Source of the DNA: Camelus ferus
Lineage: Eukaryota
Assembly (NCBI RefSeq): GCF_009834535.1
Contig: NC_045697.1
Coordinates: 84,446,001 to 84,510,000 of the forward strand
Direction: 5' to 3'
DNA: 64,000 nt
A program made the translations under genes and the position numbers. Below the pieces are notes generated by a model. It saw nothing but the letters and a program-made list of their open reading frames with translations. It ran no database searches and was not told the DNA's origin. Shown here in pieces: positions 49,218 through 62,699 of this stretch. The number at the start of each line of letters is the position of its first letter. Positions within the stretch are counted from its first letter, which is position 1.

Positions 49218-52024
49218 CTAGATCACTGAACTAATTCCTGGTTAATGAATCCTTTTTTTTCTCAGTTTTACCCATAACTCTTAACCCAAAAGAACCCTAG
49301 TCTTCTTGACATAAAGCTACAATATAAGTGTATGGCAATTTTTTTTTTCAGTGCAAAAATTTCAAATGTCCATTCTATTAACTGAGAAAGTGGAGGTCAA
49401 AGTCACATCAGGAATTAAATATATTTTTCCATTTACTCTCCAGGAATTAGAGAAGAAAAAAAATAGATCAAGCTCCAGTTTTAAAGTGCCATAATTCAGC
49501 AGAATTTCTGCATTACTTTCTCAGAGGAAGAAGTCTGACTTTCTAAAGAGAGAAATGATGCATTAAGTGCAGGGGGGGAAAAAAGTACAGTCTTCAGTCT
49601 TGGGAATGTAATAACCTGTGGTCAGCTGAGTGCCCTGGGGCAGACTGACCCAATCAGCTGCTGGGAAAGTAACATCACTGTTCTGCTGTACAGAGAGACA
49701 CATTCTAATAAGACGTGGTCCACCATGCACAGAGCTTTTGGTATCATGAGAAAAGGAACCGCAGTTTCTTCAACTGAGAAACTGTAGAATGTCTCACCTA
49801 TCCTTTTGTTTTTTTAAGGCTGTCTTCTCTTTTTAAATTAGCTTTGTGATAAAATTTTAATTTAAAAGTTGATGATGTAAATTAGAAGTGCTTAATAATT
49901 TACTACTTGACATTGATAGATGACATTTCTCTCTTCACTTAAAAATTTTCAAAGAAAATATATCTAAATTAGAATTTAATGTTTATTGACCACAAGACAA
50001 AATGGAAACTGAAACTCTTTATCTCATTTTTTTCATTCTTTAACTTATTCACTTGATTTGGATTTACTATTTATAAGGTGAAAAGAAACTTCCGTTTTCC
50101 TCAAAACTTCTGTTCTTTACTGAGTGACTTTAGACAATTGATTTGCCCTATCCAAACCTCAGTGTTTTTACTTTGACATTAGGGAAAAAATGTGAGTACC
50201 TACGTTGCCTCCACAAATTTATTAATATTTTTACCAGCTAGACAATTGCCATTCTCTTAAACACATGAAAATCATCTTTAGAAAATGTTTTTATTTCCGT
50301 TGATTTGTCATTTTAATTTAAGTAAAAACATACAAATCTCCTATCTTTTTCCATCACCCCCACATCCTGCTGCCCCTCAACCCCTTCATGTGAACATGCT
50401 GATTCCAGCAGATATGTAAGTGAATATGGATATATAGATTTGAGTGTTCATTGTCCTAGAACAGTGCTAGTATTCCATAAAGGCCCAAAGTGTCATGCAA
50501 CTAAATTCCTTACTAACGGAAGATGGTTTTCTGGAAAACAGAAAGACTCAAATTAAGTGGCTATTAAGCACACGCTCCATGGATGACTGGGGTGAAGTCA
50601 TATCATTTCAATAGCTTTTGTTATATAATTTTTATATAGGTGTGTTTTATAAGAAAGCTACCCTGAAAAATAGGGAAATGATAAGGGCTGTCTGTGGATT
50701 TCTTTATTTAATTCTTAAATTGACTTGGGCTTAATGTTTGAGGGTTTCTATCCACACTCCATGGCTACACATCTACACTGCATACACACAGAGGAAAAGA
50801 GGAGTGCATTTTATAATTTCAGAGACCTGAGGATAGGAATAACTAAGTAGATATTTGCCTGGAGACACTTAGTATAATGTTTAAAATGTTCTTTTACAGT
50901 TATTTTACAAGAACCCCAAGATTCCTCAGTTTTGGGGAACTCAAAGGAAGGAAAGGGCTGTAGCTGATTTTGAGTCTGATGTATGTGTAAAAATAAGGAC
51001 ACAATTGAGGTTGAAATGCCAGTCTAAGATTTCCCTTGAGGTATTGCTTTAACTTCTGTTTCATCAAAAACATATAAAGAAGTTACTATGTGTAAAACAC
51101 TGTGGTTTGGCAATGGATACAGAGGGGAATTAGACATGGCCCTTGCTTTCAAAGGAGATTTTAATCTGGTGAGAGTGACAGACTGGAGGGAGTACACAAA
51201 ATAGATGTAGGGAGTGAACATGATGTAGGCTGGCAAAATGCTGAAGGTGAGCTGAGAAGAAAAGGTTATATAGCCTTGTGTGTTTTGGGGAATGTCTTTA
51301 ATCCCCATCCTGCAGAGTGACCAAAGTTACACAACCTAGGTTGGAAGGGGCACCTGTAAATCAATCTCACCTGACTCTGGATCTGATGGCACTCATTAGT
51401 CCACCCATAATATCTAGTATTTTAATAACACCTATAACCTCAGTAGTTCTTAAACTTCAGAAAAATGTGTATCTTAAGCTCTCTTGTTTCATTTTCGCAG
51501 GCTGTAAAAAGAGAATGACAAGGCCTACCCCACAAAGTAGTTGAGAGAATTAAATAAGGTAATCATATAAAGTACCTAGCATTGATCCCAAAGCAAAAAC
51601 TCAATAAATGACAAGGATTGTGCTCTTCTTTCTGTCTTCCTTTTTCTAGGAGGCTGTGTTCTTTCTTTCATTGTGACTGATGAGGCAGTGACAAGGCTGG
51701 GGGATCAAATAAGGGACTGTTCACCAAGGAAGGTGGAGGTGATAAAGGGGGTAGATGAGTTTCATGCTCAGGCATAAAATATGACAGAATAAGGAAATCT
51801 AGGAACTTCACAGGCAGTTACCTGTGGGAGAATACTGGAAAAGGACTATGAAGATGCTGCTCTAGCTATAAATGTTGTGAATTTAATATAACAGAAATAT
51901 TAACAGTATGAATTTCAATAACAGTGACAAACACACACTTACAGAAAACTTCTATGTTCCAGGCATTCTGCTTAACTTAGCCCACACAGATCACCTCATT
52001 TAATCCTCACAATACAAAGAACAC

Positions 52025-52326
52025 ATTCCATAGTACTTCATCTGAAGTCCTAAAATAAAAAACAAAATCTCTGAAAACTAAAATTTTGAAATCATTGATT
52101 TGACAGCAAAATCTGACATGAACTGACATGAGGCTATTTTTAGTTTTTATTTATCCCATTAAAAGTGAATATTTGTGTATTTTACTACAGAAGTCTTAAT
52201 GTTTGGTCATGGGCTGTTTCTCAGATCCCACTAGGGTTCAGTTCCATATTGCCATTTTAAAAAATGTTTCCAAATTCCAAAATTTGCCTGGCTTCCAAGA
52301 TTTCAGATAAGGTAAGGTGAACCTTT
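52025..52326 (-). mobile_element. MER96B-like DNA transposon
   Basis: CTCTGAAAAC..GCAAAATCTGACATGAACTGACATGAGGCTATTT..TTTATTTATCCCA..AGTGAATATT..TTTCAGATAAGG. Confidence 0.7.
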
Positions 52327-52329
52327 AAA

Positions 52330-52850
52330 AAGAGCTAACATTTACTGAGAACTTGCTATGTGCCAGGCTTGGGTCCAAATATCTACTTATGTTAATTCAC
52401 ACTAGTCCTTAGAGGCAGATGTATTTTTCATCCTTTCTGTCTTATAGTTGGGGCAACTAAAGAACAGAAAGGTCAAGGAACCCAAGGGTACCAGCTGGTA
52501 ACCCAGGGACACAGAATTTGAACCCAGGCAGTCTGCATCTGTGAAGCTTTTGCTTAACTGCTACACATCCTGCCTCATTTATATTATCGCAATTGTTATT
52601 CTCATTCTACAGATGAAAATTTTGAAAATTAAAGGTTACATAATTTTATCCAAGATAAAGTGTCTATGTGATCTTGGGCAAGTTACTTAACCTCTTTGTG
52701 AATCAGCTTTCCTTTCTGTAAAACAGAGGTAATGATAATACACACCACATAGGATTGTTAAGAGGATTAGGTGAGGTTACAGCACCTAGTGAAGTGCCTG
52801 ACAAACCATATGCAATCAATACATTTTAGCTCTTATTATTATTACAACTA
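52330..52850. mobile_element. Cluster of MIRs in both orientations
   Basis: AGCTAACATTTACTGAG..ATTTGAACCCAGGCAGTCTG (minus) and TGTGATCTTGGGCAAGTTACTTAACCTCT..CTGTAAAAC (plus). Confidence 0.8.
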
Positions 52851-54149
52851 GGCTATATGGATGCTGTAGGGAGGAGGAGGATATGATGAAAGTCAATCCT
52901 TATGCAAAGATTTACTATAAAGAAGTTAAAGGGATAATGTTTTTCACGTATTTAATTAGTGTTTTCTTTATTTTTTCTTCCCTAGTCCCTAGGTGTTTAA
53001 TGGCTGCCCTATCTGTTGAATTAATGGCATTTATTGCTTCAGAGAGTAGGTACAAAACAAAGAGGTCTTTCATTCCTCTTTGAGTCTACAAGCTGACATT
53101 TTTTAGTCCATTGTGAGACTTTAGTCATGAAGCCATGCTTTGTTAAAGAACAAGACTGTTTTATAAATCCCAAAGCTTCTCTTTACAATTAGAAGTCTGG
53201 GCTTGGTTCACTCAATTCCTATAGTATTGTATTTATAAGAAGCCACAGCATAAAGAGAACAGTAACTGTATTTCAAGGAAAGTTCCCTTATAACAGGATG
53301 GGGAGTTCCTTTTCACTTAAGAACAGGATTTGAAAACTAGTGAAAGAGAAGTGGGAGAGCTCAGAACAAGTGATGCACTCACCCACCTGGGTGCTAATGC
53401 CCTGGGGAGAGGGAAGAGGGAATGCTGTAAACTCCTTGGCAAACCCTGCATTCAGCCTTGTGTTCATATTATATAGTCTCTGGGCAGAAGAGCAATGTCT
53501 GAGGCAATGTTTGATGGCTGCCTCAAAGAATTCTTCATACTGTGGAATGGTAAGGAAAATCTACTGGGGGCTCTTCGGCCTCGCACAAAGGTCACAGATT
53601 TGAGACAATCAGAAAACAGAAAAGAGCCACTCTTGGGACCTTAGGATGAGGGAACATGATAAGATCCAGAGGCAACAATGGCAGATGACACCATGGAAAA
53701 ACACCAGACCAGTCATACCCTAGTTGGCACTGTTTTGGTCTACACAGTGAAGAGAGAGAGAAATGGAAATTTTAGAAGATGACATGTGGACCAAGGATCC
53801 TTCCCTATACCACCATGTTGGCCTGGACCAACAAGCTAGCTGTAAAGGAAAGAGACTGAGAGAAGTCTCCACGGAGGAAGAAAACAGTTGTGACTAACCT
53901 CTAATTGACCGATTTCCAACCCTCCCCCCAAATATTTTAGAATCAAAAGAAGCTGAGTTAATTTTACTTGTCCAATTTTATTTTATCTTTTCCTGCTTGC
54001 AAAAGGGACTGAACTCCAGAGGATGTATGAGATTAAATAATAAAGGCAGCTACCCTTTTCTTTTTTTAACAACCAAATGTATGATTTAATTCTACTATAT
54101 TTCAAAGGTACTAAATCTCAGAATTTTCTAAAACCAAACCTCATTCTAA

Positions 54150-55400
54150 GTTACATCATAATTCGGCCATGAAAGATAAACTGGACAAATTTTAGGAAAT
54201 AACTATTTTAAGATACTTGATGGTAGGCAACACAGGACATTAATCCTGGATGAAAGAAAAACAAATGAGTTAGATGAGTCCTTCCTTTGCCCATGCTTTC
54301 TGCCTAGAAGTAATTTCCATTGAAGTACAGGAAGGAGGATACAGACAAAACCTGGGGATGTCAAGGAGTTGAAGAGACAGTACTTATCTTTTGGGAAAGC
54401 CGAAGCAACTAGAATTCGTAGAACACACGGCCTAAGAGGAAGGAGCTACACAGAGATGCCCCAGATACCTTCCCAGGAGTCCCGCTGAATCTACAAATAT
54501 ATCACTGGAAATGAACAATATCAGAGGAAAGAACAATCACCAAGGAGCTGTAAGCCGAATAACTTCTGGAGCTCTTAAAGGTCTGAGAATCACTTAAGTT
54601 ACCATAATTCAAAGTAAAGAGACCTTCATGAATACATGATGTATTTAGTAGAGACTCCAGAAGAGCCTCATCTTAAAAGTGGGGCTAAATAAGCCCTACA
54701 GGTAATCTAGATCGATTGATCCTAAAAGATATAACAAAACGCAGCACTCAAAAATGCATAAAACCATGATGTCCAGCATCCAACCAAAAATGTGAAGAAG
54801 CTGAAAAATGTGACCCATAGCTTAGGAAAAGTCAGTCAATAAAGTAGATCCAAAATGAGGAAGAGAGTAAAACTAATCAGCAGACATGAACTTTAAAACA
54901 GCACAACTTCAATATACATATTGAATACTGATTAAAAAGTATTCAAAATGAAGCACAGAGAAAAAAAGATTAAAAAAAGTTAGTTTCCAGTGACCCATGA
55001 GACAGTAACAAATGATTCAACATATACACAACTGAAATTCCAGAAGAGAAGGAAAGGAACAGAAAAATATTTGAAGAAATAATGGCCAAAAGTTTTCCAA
55101 ATCTGATTTAAAGAAACTATAAACCCACAGATCCAAAAGGCAAAATGAAGCCCAAGTAAAATAAGCATAAATAAAACCTCTCCAAGTTTCATTATAATCA
55201 AACTGCTGAAAAAGTGTTAAAGCAAGAATCTTAAGAGCATCAAGAGAACAAAGACACATGCATCTAGAGAAACAAAGACAAAAATAACAGCAGAATTCTT
55301 GTCATAAATTATGCAATTCCAAAGATAATGGATTTAATTCTCTAAAATGCTGGCAGAAAAAGTGTCAACTTAAAATTCTCTATCTAGTAAGTATCTTTCA
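54150..55400 (+). mobile_element. Old L1M 5' region and ORF1
   Basis: GAAAAATATTTGAAGAAATAATGGCCAAAAGTTTTCCAAATCTG..AAACCCACAGATCCAA, i.e. L1 ORF1 IFEEIMA.NFPNL..QIQ. Confidence 0.75.
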
Positions 55401-55487
55401 TAAATTAGGGTAAGTAGAAATTGGTAAGCTTACTGTATAATTTATAGAGAAATTCAAACTAGCATTTCTAAACGATATTTTAAAATA

Positions 55488-55834
55488 AAGTTGACCCTCC
55501 ATATCCATGGGTTCCACGTCCACAGATTCAACCAACTGTGGATCGAAAATACAAAAAAAAAAAAAAAAAAAAAATTCCAGAAAGTTTCGAAAAATAAAAC
55601 TTGAAATTGCCATGCACCAGCAACTATTTACATATTTACATTCCATTTATAATTATTTACATAATATTAGGTATTATAATTAATCTAGAAATTATTTAAA
55701 GTATACAGGAGGACTGCATAGGTTATATGCAAATACTATGCCATTTTATATAAGAGATTTGAGTTATAGGTGAATTTTGGTATCTATGGAAGGGGTCCTG
55801 GAACCAGTTCCCTGTGGATACCTAGGGATGACAG
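55488..55834. mobile_element. MER2/Tigger2a-like TcMar-Tigger MITE
   Basis: Termini AGTTGACCCTCCATATCCATGGG and CTGTGGATACCTAGGGATGACAG, flanked by TA at 55486-55487 and 55835-55836. Confidence 0.9.
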
Positions 55835-55994
55835 TAATCTGACCTCCAGATTCAATAATTTATGTCAAAATAAAGTGTGAATAAATCTCATATCAAATGT
55901 CAAGCTTTTACATGTGAATGGTTTTCTCCAAAAACATTTAAAAGTCAGTAAAACTCCTCTTAATTTTCACACACACACACACACCCCACAAACC

Positions 55995-56870
55995 CACACA
56001 GGAGGATTTATATCATCTGATTTCGAGGTTTATAAAACTATTGTAATCAAGGCAATATAATAATGGTTAAGAATAGACACATGGATCAATGGAACAGAAA
56101 TAACAATTCAGAAATAGATCAACACTTACAATCAACTGATTTTCAACAACGATGTCAAAAAATCAAGGGGGGAACATATAGTCTTTTCAGTAAACTGTGC
56201 CAGAATAACTGGATATCTGTATAGAAAAAAATGAATCTCAGCTCTTTCATTATGCCATACACAAAAAGTAATTCAAATTAGGTCACATGTGTAAATATAG
56301 GAGTTAAAACCGTAAGTCTTTTAGACTTGGATATAATAACCTTGGATAAGGCAAAGATTTCTTAGCTAAGACATAATCATAAGACATAAATGAAAAATTT
56401 GATAAACTGGATTTCATCAAAATCAAAATTTTCACTTGTCAAAAGGCAAATGTTTACAAAAAGGCAAGCTGCAAAATGAGAGAAAATATTTGCATATTTT
56501 TCTGACAAGGGGTGTATACACACATGTATACACAGAATATATAAAGAACTCATAACTCAATAAGAAGACCACCCCAATTAAGAAAAGAACAAAAGAAAAA
56601 GATTTGGACATTTCATGGCCAAAAAGCTCATGAAAACTACCCATATCATTAATCATTTGGAAAATGCAAATTAAAATCACCATTAAATATCACTATACAC
56701 CCACTGAAATGGCTTACACTGAAAATGCTAACAATTCCAAGTGTTGGCAGGGATGTACAGAAACTGGAATCCTTGTTTGCTGCTGAACGTAAAATGTCAC
56801 AGTCATTTTGGGTAACAGTTTGGCAATTTCTTAACAAGTTAAATATACAATTAACATAGGATCCACTGTG
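55995..56870 (+). mobile_element. Old L1M ORF2 3' fragment
   Basis: AATAGACACATGGATCAATGGAACAGAA..AAATGCAAATTAAAATCACC..CCAAGTGTTGGCAGGGATGT. Confidence 0.85.
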
Positions 56871-57049
56871 TCTTAATAAACAATAGCAAAACATTGTGGT
56901 GGTTTTTAGAAAACACACGTAGATATAAATTGCACGAAAACTAAGGCACAAAAAATGGAAGTATATTTTTAAAATTCGTATGTTATATTCGAATTAGTAT
57001 GGGACTGTTTGAAAGAAGATCTAGAATTTTAAAACTACGGCTCCTAAGG

Positions 57050-58260
57050 GCCTGGAATAGAGGAAAGTATCCCAGGGCTTTTCCTTTCCAGCTCCAAAAG
57101 TAATCTGCTTTCTCGCCTCGCCTCTCTGGAAAAAGCTCTTCCTTTGCTGCTGCCCCAGACTCCTCCCTACACCCCCGGGCACTTCAGCAGCAACTCCAGC
57201 TAGCGATGGACTTACCGACATCTTCATCTCCCCCAGCCTGCGGGGCAGGACGGCACCGACTGTTTCCTGACCCCTGTCCTCCCAGGGCACGGGAGTTAGG
57301 GGGTACCAAGTTCTCTAGCCTCTTCCTCCTGTTCTCCCAAGGAGAGATTCCCATTTCCCCTCGGCCCTCGTCCCTGGCTGCGTTTCCGTGGACCACAGGT
57401 AGAGGGACTGAGGGTTAAGATTAAGAAGCTGCGCACGGAGGAGCGCAGGTGCTGTGAAAATCCTTCCCTCTGCTGGGCCCCACTGGGAGACGAGACTGGG
57501 TTTGGAACATGGGAAGCGCACAGTAAATTTGCTTTCAGGGCACTGGCCTACACGCATGCTAATATATACATATTTATACTATGAAGGTTCCAGTTTCTCT
57601 GCATCCCAGATAGGGCAGGGCCGAGTCTGCCTCCAACTGTCCAGCCAGCTGCTCAAGTCAACGGGTAGAGAAGACGGTTTGAGGGTGAGGGGGGTCTGCC
57701 TCCTCCCTGACGCTCACCTGTGCCGAACTAGGCTCTGGTCCAACAGGCCCTGACGGGATCAGACTGGCGCAGGTCGGTTTTGGGGAGCAGACTGCACATG
57801 CGCAAGCCGAGAGGCTCCCAGAGGCTGCCGGGAGCCCCTGCGCGCCTCATGGCAGAGAGCAGGGCGGTAGGTCCTCACCTGTGCCTGCTAAGGAACAAGG
57901 TCTCGGCGACAGGAAGGCTACTGTTCCTTCCCAGTATCAGTACATTTAAGGGTTGCGGGGCAGGAGGCCACCGGGATAGAGCCCTCCTGAAAATACCCGG
58001 CGCTGTCTGCTTTTACAGCCCAATGGCTCCTGGCCCAGGTCACTGCTCTCCGTGTCCTTTTACCGCTTAACAGAGAACGGCTCCCTCCGAACACCACCCG
58101 TTCCTGTGCACTCAGAAACAACTGTCTCCGCCACCCTCACCTGCCCAGTGCCTCCGGTGGTCAGGGTAAGTCTGGTATTCTAGCCCTGCCTGCCCCGGAG
58201 CGGGGAGGTGGGAAGGTGGATTTCAGACTTGTCTTGGGAGCAACGCACTGAGAAGATCGT
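57050..58260. promoter_or_regulatory. GC/CpG-rich promoter-like island, possibly bidirectional
   Basis: The only extended CpG-retaining, non-repetitive tract in the window. NRF1-like TGCACATGCGCA at 57793-57804. + strand donors at 57867 (GCG|GTAGGT) and 58166 (AGG|GTAAGT). Minus-strand donors at 57215 (TCG|GTAAGT) and CAG|GTGAG at 57717, 57878 and 58140. Confidence 0.8.
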
Positions 58261-59606
58261 AATAAAACTGGTGATGGAATCTTCTAGGGAAGGTGGTTAA
58301 GGGTACAAGGATAGGGGATTGTAAATGCAAATGACTGAAAAGTTCAAGCTATAAGAATGAATTGAGATAAATTGTACATAATTTTTAGGAGTAAGTTTTA
58401 AAGAAAATGTTAATGGTGTTTAGGAGAATAGAAGGAAAAACTGAATTTATGGCAAAACACAAGTTGGCCATTACTGCTCAACTTTACCAACTATGCATTC
58501 TACTTCATTCTCACTTTCAGCGCCCCTAGACAGCCACAGGGACGGGGGTGTTGTCACTCTGTTGGAGTTCTGTCGTCTTCAGGCCTTTCCCTTACATCTT
58601 TGAAGTCACTCATGAGGTGGGAAAGGGGCGTGGGGTGAGGAAGTCAGATTGGTATGGTTAAATACAAAGAAAATTCATAGAGACCAGGAGGATAAAAAGT
58701 ACTGGGGCCCAGAGGTCATTTAAAAGAGCAGCAATCAGAGGAGTTTCAGGACTTGAAAGATGACTTGGTTGGGTGAGGGTGGGGGGTAGTTGAAGGGACA
58801 GGCTCACTCTCAGGAACTAGGAGGATCACAGAGGGAACATAAGCCATACCTGGCCAAGCCAATGAGAAAAGTACCTGGGTCATTAGGAGCCTGCAGCCCT
58901 GGTTCAGCTCACTGTTACTTACATACCATATTGAGCTAGAGAACAAAGAAAGTGTCACTAAGGCAGAGTGCAATTGAGAAGTAATTGTAAGCTAGGGAAG
59001 ATAAGGGGATATTTTAACAATGAATTTGGCCAAACTAGGACTTATGTGGACTAACTCTGGCTTGGTCCATAAATAAGTAAGCTGTTTATCAATAAACTAT
59101 TATTTCCAGTTATGCTTTCCATTCTTATCTGTTAGAAATCTTATCAGCAAACAAGTAGGGGTATGTTCTTATTGCTTTAGTGATGACTTCATATTTGTGC
59201 TTTTCCCCCATCCACTGAGCTTAAAGTACCAGAATTAGATAGAATGGAAATAATTTCAGAAATACACATGAAGTAAGAGTATATGTTGATTTGTGTTTCA
59301 CAATACAAATATTTATTATTATTATTTTTCTCTACCACATGTTGATATTTAGAATCAAAAATAATACAGATTTTGTTTTCTCTCTTCTAGAACTCCGCAT
59401 GAATGGCTTACAGTGTTGGAAAAATTCTCTCTATAAACCACAAAGTGTCTTAGCTTAGACCAACAAACTAAATGTTGATAAGTGAATTTGTTTTTGGGTG
59501 ACCTCTGTGGACAGGAGAGTCTGAGGCAGAATAACAAGGAGGACTTAAGAATGTTGGGATCTGTAAGGTGCTTTGTGAACACACGAGGCTGCTCATCTAT
59601 AGCGGC

Positions 59607-59679
59607 ATGACAGCGGTTGATACTGGTGAATGGGAAGTTTCACCTTTTCCTCAATCTAAGAAGAAAGATTTGAGTAAAG
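59607..59679 (+). CDS. Candidate first coding segment MTAVDTGEWEVSPFPQSKKKDLSK within exon 59391-59679; gene not identified
   Basis: Acceptor TTTTGTTTTCTCTCTTCTAG ends at 59390. GGCATGA has a purine at -3 and an upstream in-frame TAA at 59532. Donor AAAG|GTATGT. CpGs cluster around the ATG, which lies 1.3 kb downstream of the CpG island. Confidence 0.45.
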
Positions 59680-62600
59680 GTATGTGGAACCTTGGTTAGT
59701 AGTAATAGTAGACAGCAAATCTTAGAATGAGATCTTGGAAAATTTCATACCCTGCATTTTGTTTTTGAGGAGAAGTCATATAGACTGCAAGAGTCACTAT
59801 TTATCTGAAGGGCATTTTAATATGGGATAATTTGAATTTGCTGTGGTCAGGGTCTGTGCTAGTATTCATGGAATCATGGAATCATGGACTCACAGGATTG
59901 GAAGGGCCTTCAAGAAGTAAGCTAGGTAAGATAGGGTCTGATCTCCAATAGGATCTGACCTTTCAAAAGTCAAAGTAGCAAAAGTAACAAATTAACACAC
60001 ACATATGGAGTTTTGCCCCACTCTCCCTTCATTTTTGAAAGACCAAAATGATATTTCAGATTCCAAGGCCTCAATATTTTATATAAATGAAGTTATACAT
60101 ACACCAACATCTTACCTGTCTGAAATAGGAAGTGCTGTTAAGTGCCTTTTAGAAAGGATAAAGGTCAATAGATACTTTCCCAATATCTAGTCTATCCCAT
60201 CCAGGGAGAATCCAGAGCGATGTACTAAATCACGATGAGTAATTGATGGTTTTAAGCCAAACGGTAACTTGAAAGTTTAGAGTTTGACTCATATGGTTGT
60301 TGCGTATGTAAATGATGGGTTTTATGAACCTTGATGGTAGGTGATAAAGTCTCATAAACATCTATAGAAGCCCTCAAATCACCTTAGATTAGATAGTGAA
60401 CTTTTAATTAAAAATTCCCCACATTTTCTCTTAGACTTCCTGGTTGATTTCTTGGAATCCTGGCAGGTTCTAAGCAAGTTTTCCCAAGGCTTTCAGGCAG
60501 TAGTTATACATTTAAGAATCCAATCAGTAATTTTATCCTTATTCTGAGTACGTTTCCTTTATAAACAGTTTATGCATGTACAAGCAGAGGTCTATATATA
60601 AAAGACTCCATCCCTCATAAACTGTTTTGGTCTTATTCATAAACTGAGACTGGATACTGTCAAGGATCAGATAGTTCTTTAAAAAGCTATTAGGAAAAAA
60701 CTTTGGATTTAAAGGGAAATAATTATTTGCTAAACCTTTAGAAAATTCTCAAGCTACAGTTCACCCTTAAGTTGATAGAAGGGCAAAATTTATTACCACC
60801 AATTATTATCTTATTTTTTCTTCTGTACTATGTTAAAAAAAAAACAATAGAATTAATCTGGTATCATTTTGCTTATTCTAATACACTTACTTTAATAGCA
60901 TCACTTTCGTTCCTGTTCTCTTATACTACATTTCTGACTTGTTCATTTGTAATTGTATCTATGTTTTGATTTCTCACAATTTCTTTAGGGAGTGTATTAT
61001 TTTATTTCTAGATATCGGATCATCTTTAAATACTTTAATCTTTTTTCAAGTAGTGACTTTTTTCCTTCAGTGTTCTGCAGAGGAAATAAGCAGATTCTTA
61101 TAGGTTGAAATATTTAAATGTGTTTTCAAAATATTCATGAGAAAAAGAAAGAATAACTTTGTCACATTTTTAGCAGCAAAATTCTTAAAATAAGTAGGTC
61201 ATTAATACTTGTGAAGTCCACTAAGAGATAAAACCATGCTAAATTAGTCAACATATAACTATATTCCTATTTAAAAAAAGCCAAAACATAACAGGAAGGT
61301 AAGGTAAGTCTCTGAAACACATCAGGTCCTGATATATATTAACAAATATCAATTAGTTTCTAAATTAGACTTTCAAATTACAAGAGGAAATTTGTTTGAG
61401 AGCTTTCTATGTTATATTTGGAAATGGTAGTTTTACAATAGGTTATATTTAGAATAGGTTTTTGTTTCCTAGCTTGAGGAAACTGTTGGGAAAAATAAGT
61501 AGTAATTGTCTACATAGCTACCCCTTCACCAGCTGGGTCTCAGAAACAGTACTCTGTCCTCACCATGCTTTCTCTACTTCCTGCTGCTGGTAGACAGTAA
61601 GGGTGGACCGTGAGAAACAGAAGGAAGAGAATGCACCAACTTCTCTTTGTCTCAGTCTTCTGTCACCCATCAGCCACTGAATGACCAAGCCTTCTTTTCT
61701 TCCACCTGCAGCACCCTGAAATGAAGCTGTAAGAAACAGCTCCCCCAGTAGTCATGAACTGATAGCCTATAGATCACATTGGAATGTTTCCATTTTTACT
61801 TATTAACTTAGCTTTGCTTTATTTTGGCTTTTTGTTTCTGCTTATTTTAAAGTAAACTTTGTTTTCAGGTTCATATTATACTTCAATACAGAATAATACA
61901 AATCAAAATGTACAGCTCAAGGAATTTTCACAAAATGAATACCGTTGTATAATATGTACCCAATAATTAATTGCCAACACTGGCAAATACGTAAACATCT
62001 AGATTCTCAATTTCTCTTGAAAAATTGGAAAATCTCACCATATTGAGCCTGCATTTTCACTAGCATCAACGAAGCCAGCTAAACTGAGAAGCAGCTGGTC
62101 CTCTAAGTGGAACACATGCTCTCCATTTTTTCCACAGTCCCTACCACTCCCTAATTTCCCCAATAACACTGTAAAAGCAAGTGTTGGTGTCTACTGACAA
62201 GTGCAAATGGTGAAAATTAGAATGACTGTACAGTTATGATCGAGAACCAACAAAAATATGAGAGGAATGCAGGAGCCAGTGGAATGTTAATAAAATGACA
62301 AGCATTTGATTGAGCTGGATGAAATGGGGTCTAAAAAGAATGCAGATTCTAACTGGTCAGTAATTATGTTAATTGGATTGATCATATCATGGAGAAAGTT
62401 GACTGGAGCCAGAAAGGAGGTTCTAAATATCAACTGCCTGAATCATGGACATTGGTCTACTGAACAGTGTTAGGGTTAGGTTTTGCCAAACTCTGTAGCT
62501 ATTCTCAGATTGTGGTATGTGCCATTAATTCTGTAATTACATTTTAGCTGCTTTAGATCTGTATTACTCCAATATTCAGGTTGTGTAGTCACAGTCAGAA

Positions 62601-62699
62601 TCTCTTAATAGTACCTGTTTCCTAAAAATTAATTAACTACCCGCAGTTTAGCTTCATCTATAATAATAGGATGCCCAACTTACTAAATACTAATTCTGG

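Noticed and set aside
53240..54060. Possible very old LTR (purine-rich, ends near AATAAA)
   Set aside because: No clear termini or TSD, and I could not assign a family by eye.
57021..58121. Several 65-100 aa ORFs in the CpG island as single-exon genes
   Set aside because: Stop codons are scarce in GC-rich DNA, the ORFs run through splice donors, and none resembles a known protein.
61985..62200. Possible hAT-type DNA transposon relic
   Set aside because: Resemblance only; I could not fix the family or termini with enough confidence to list it.
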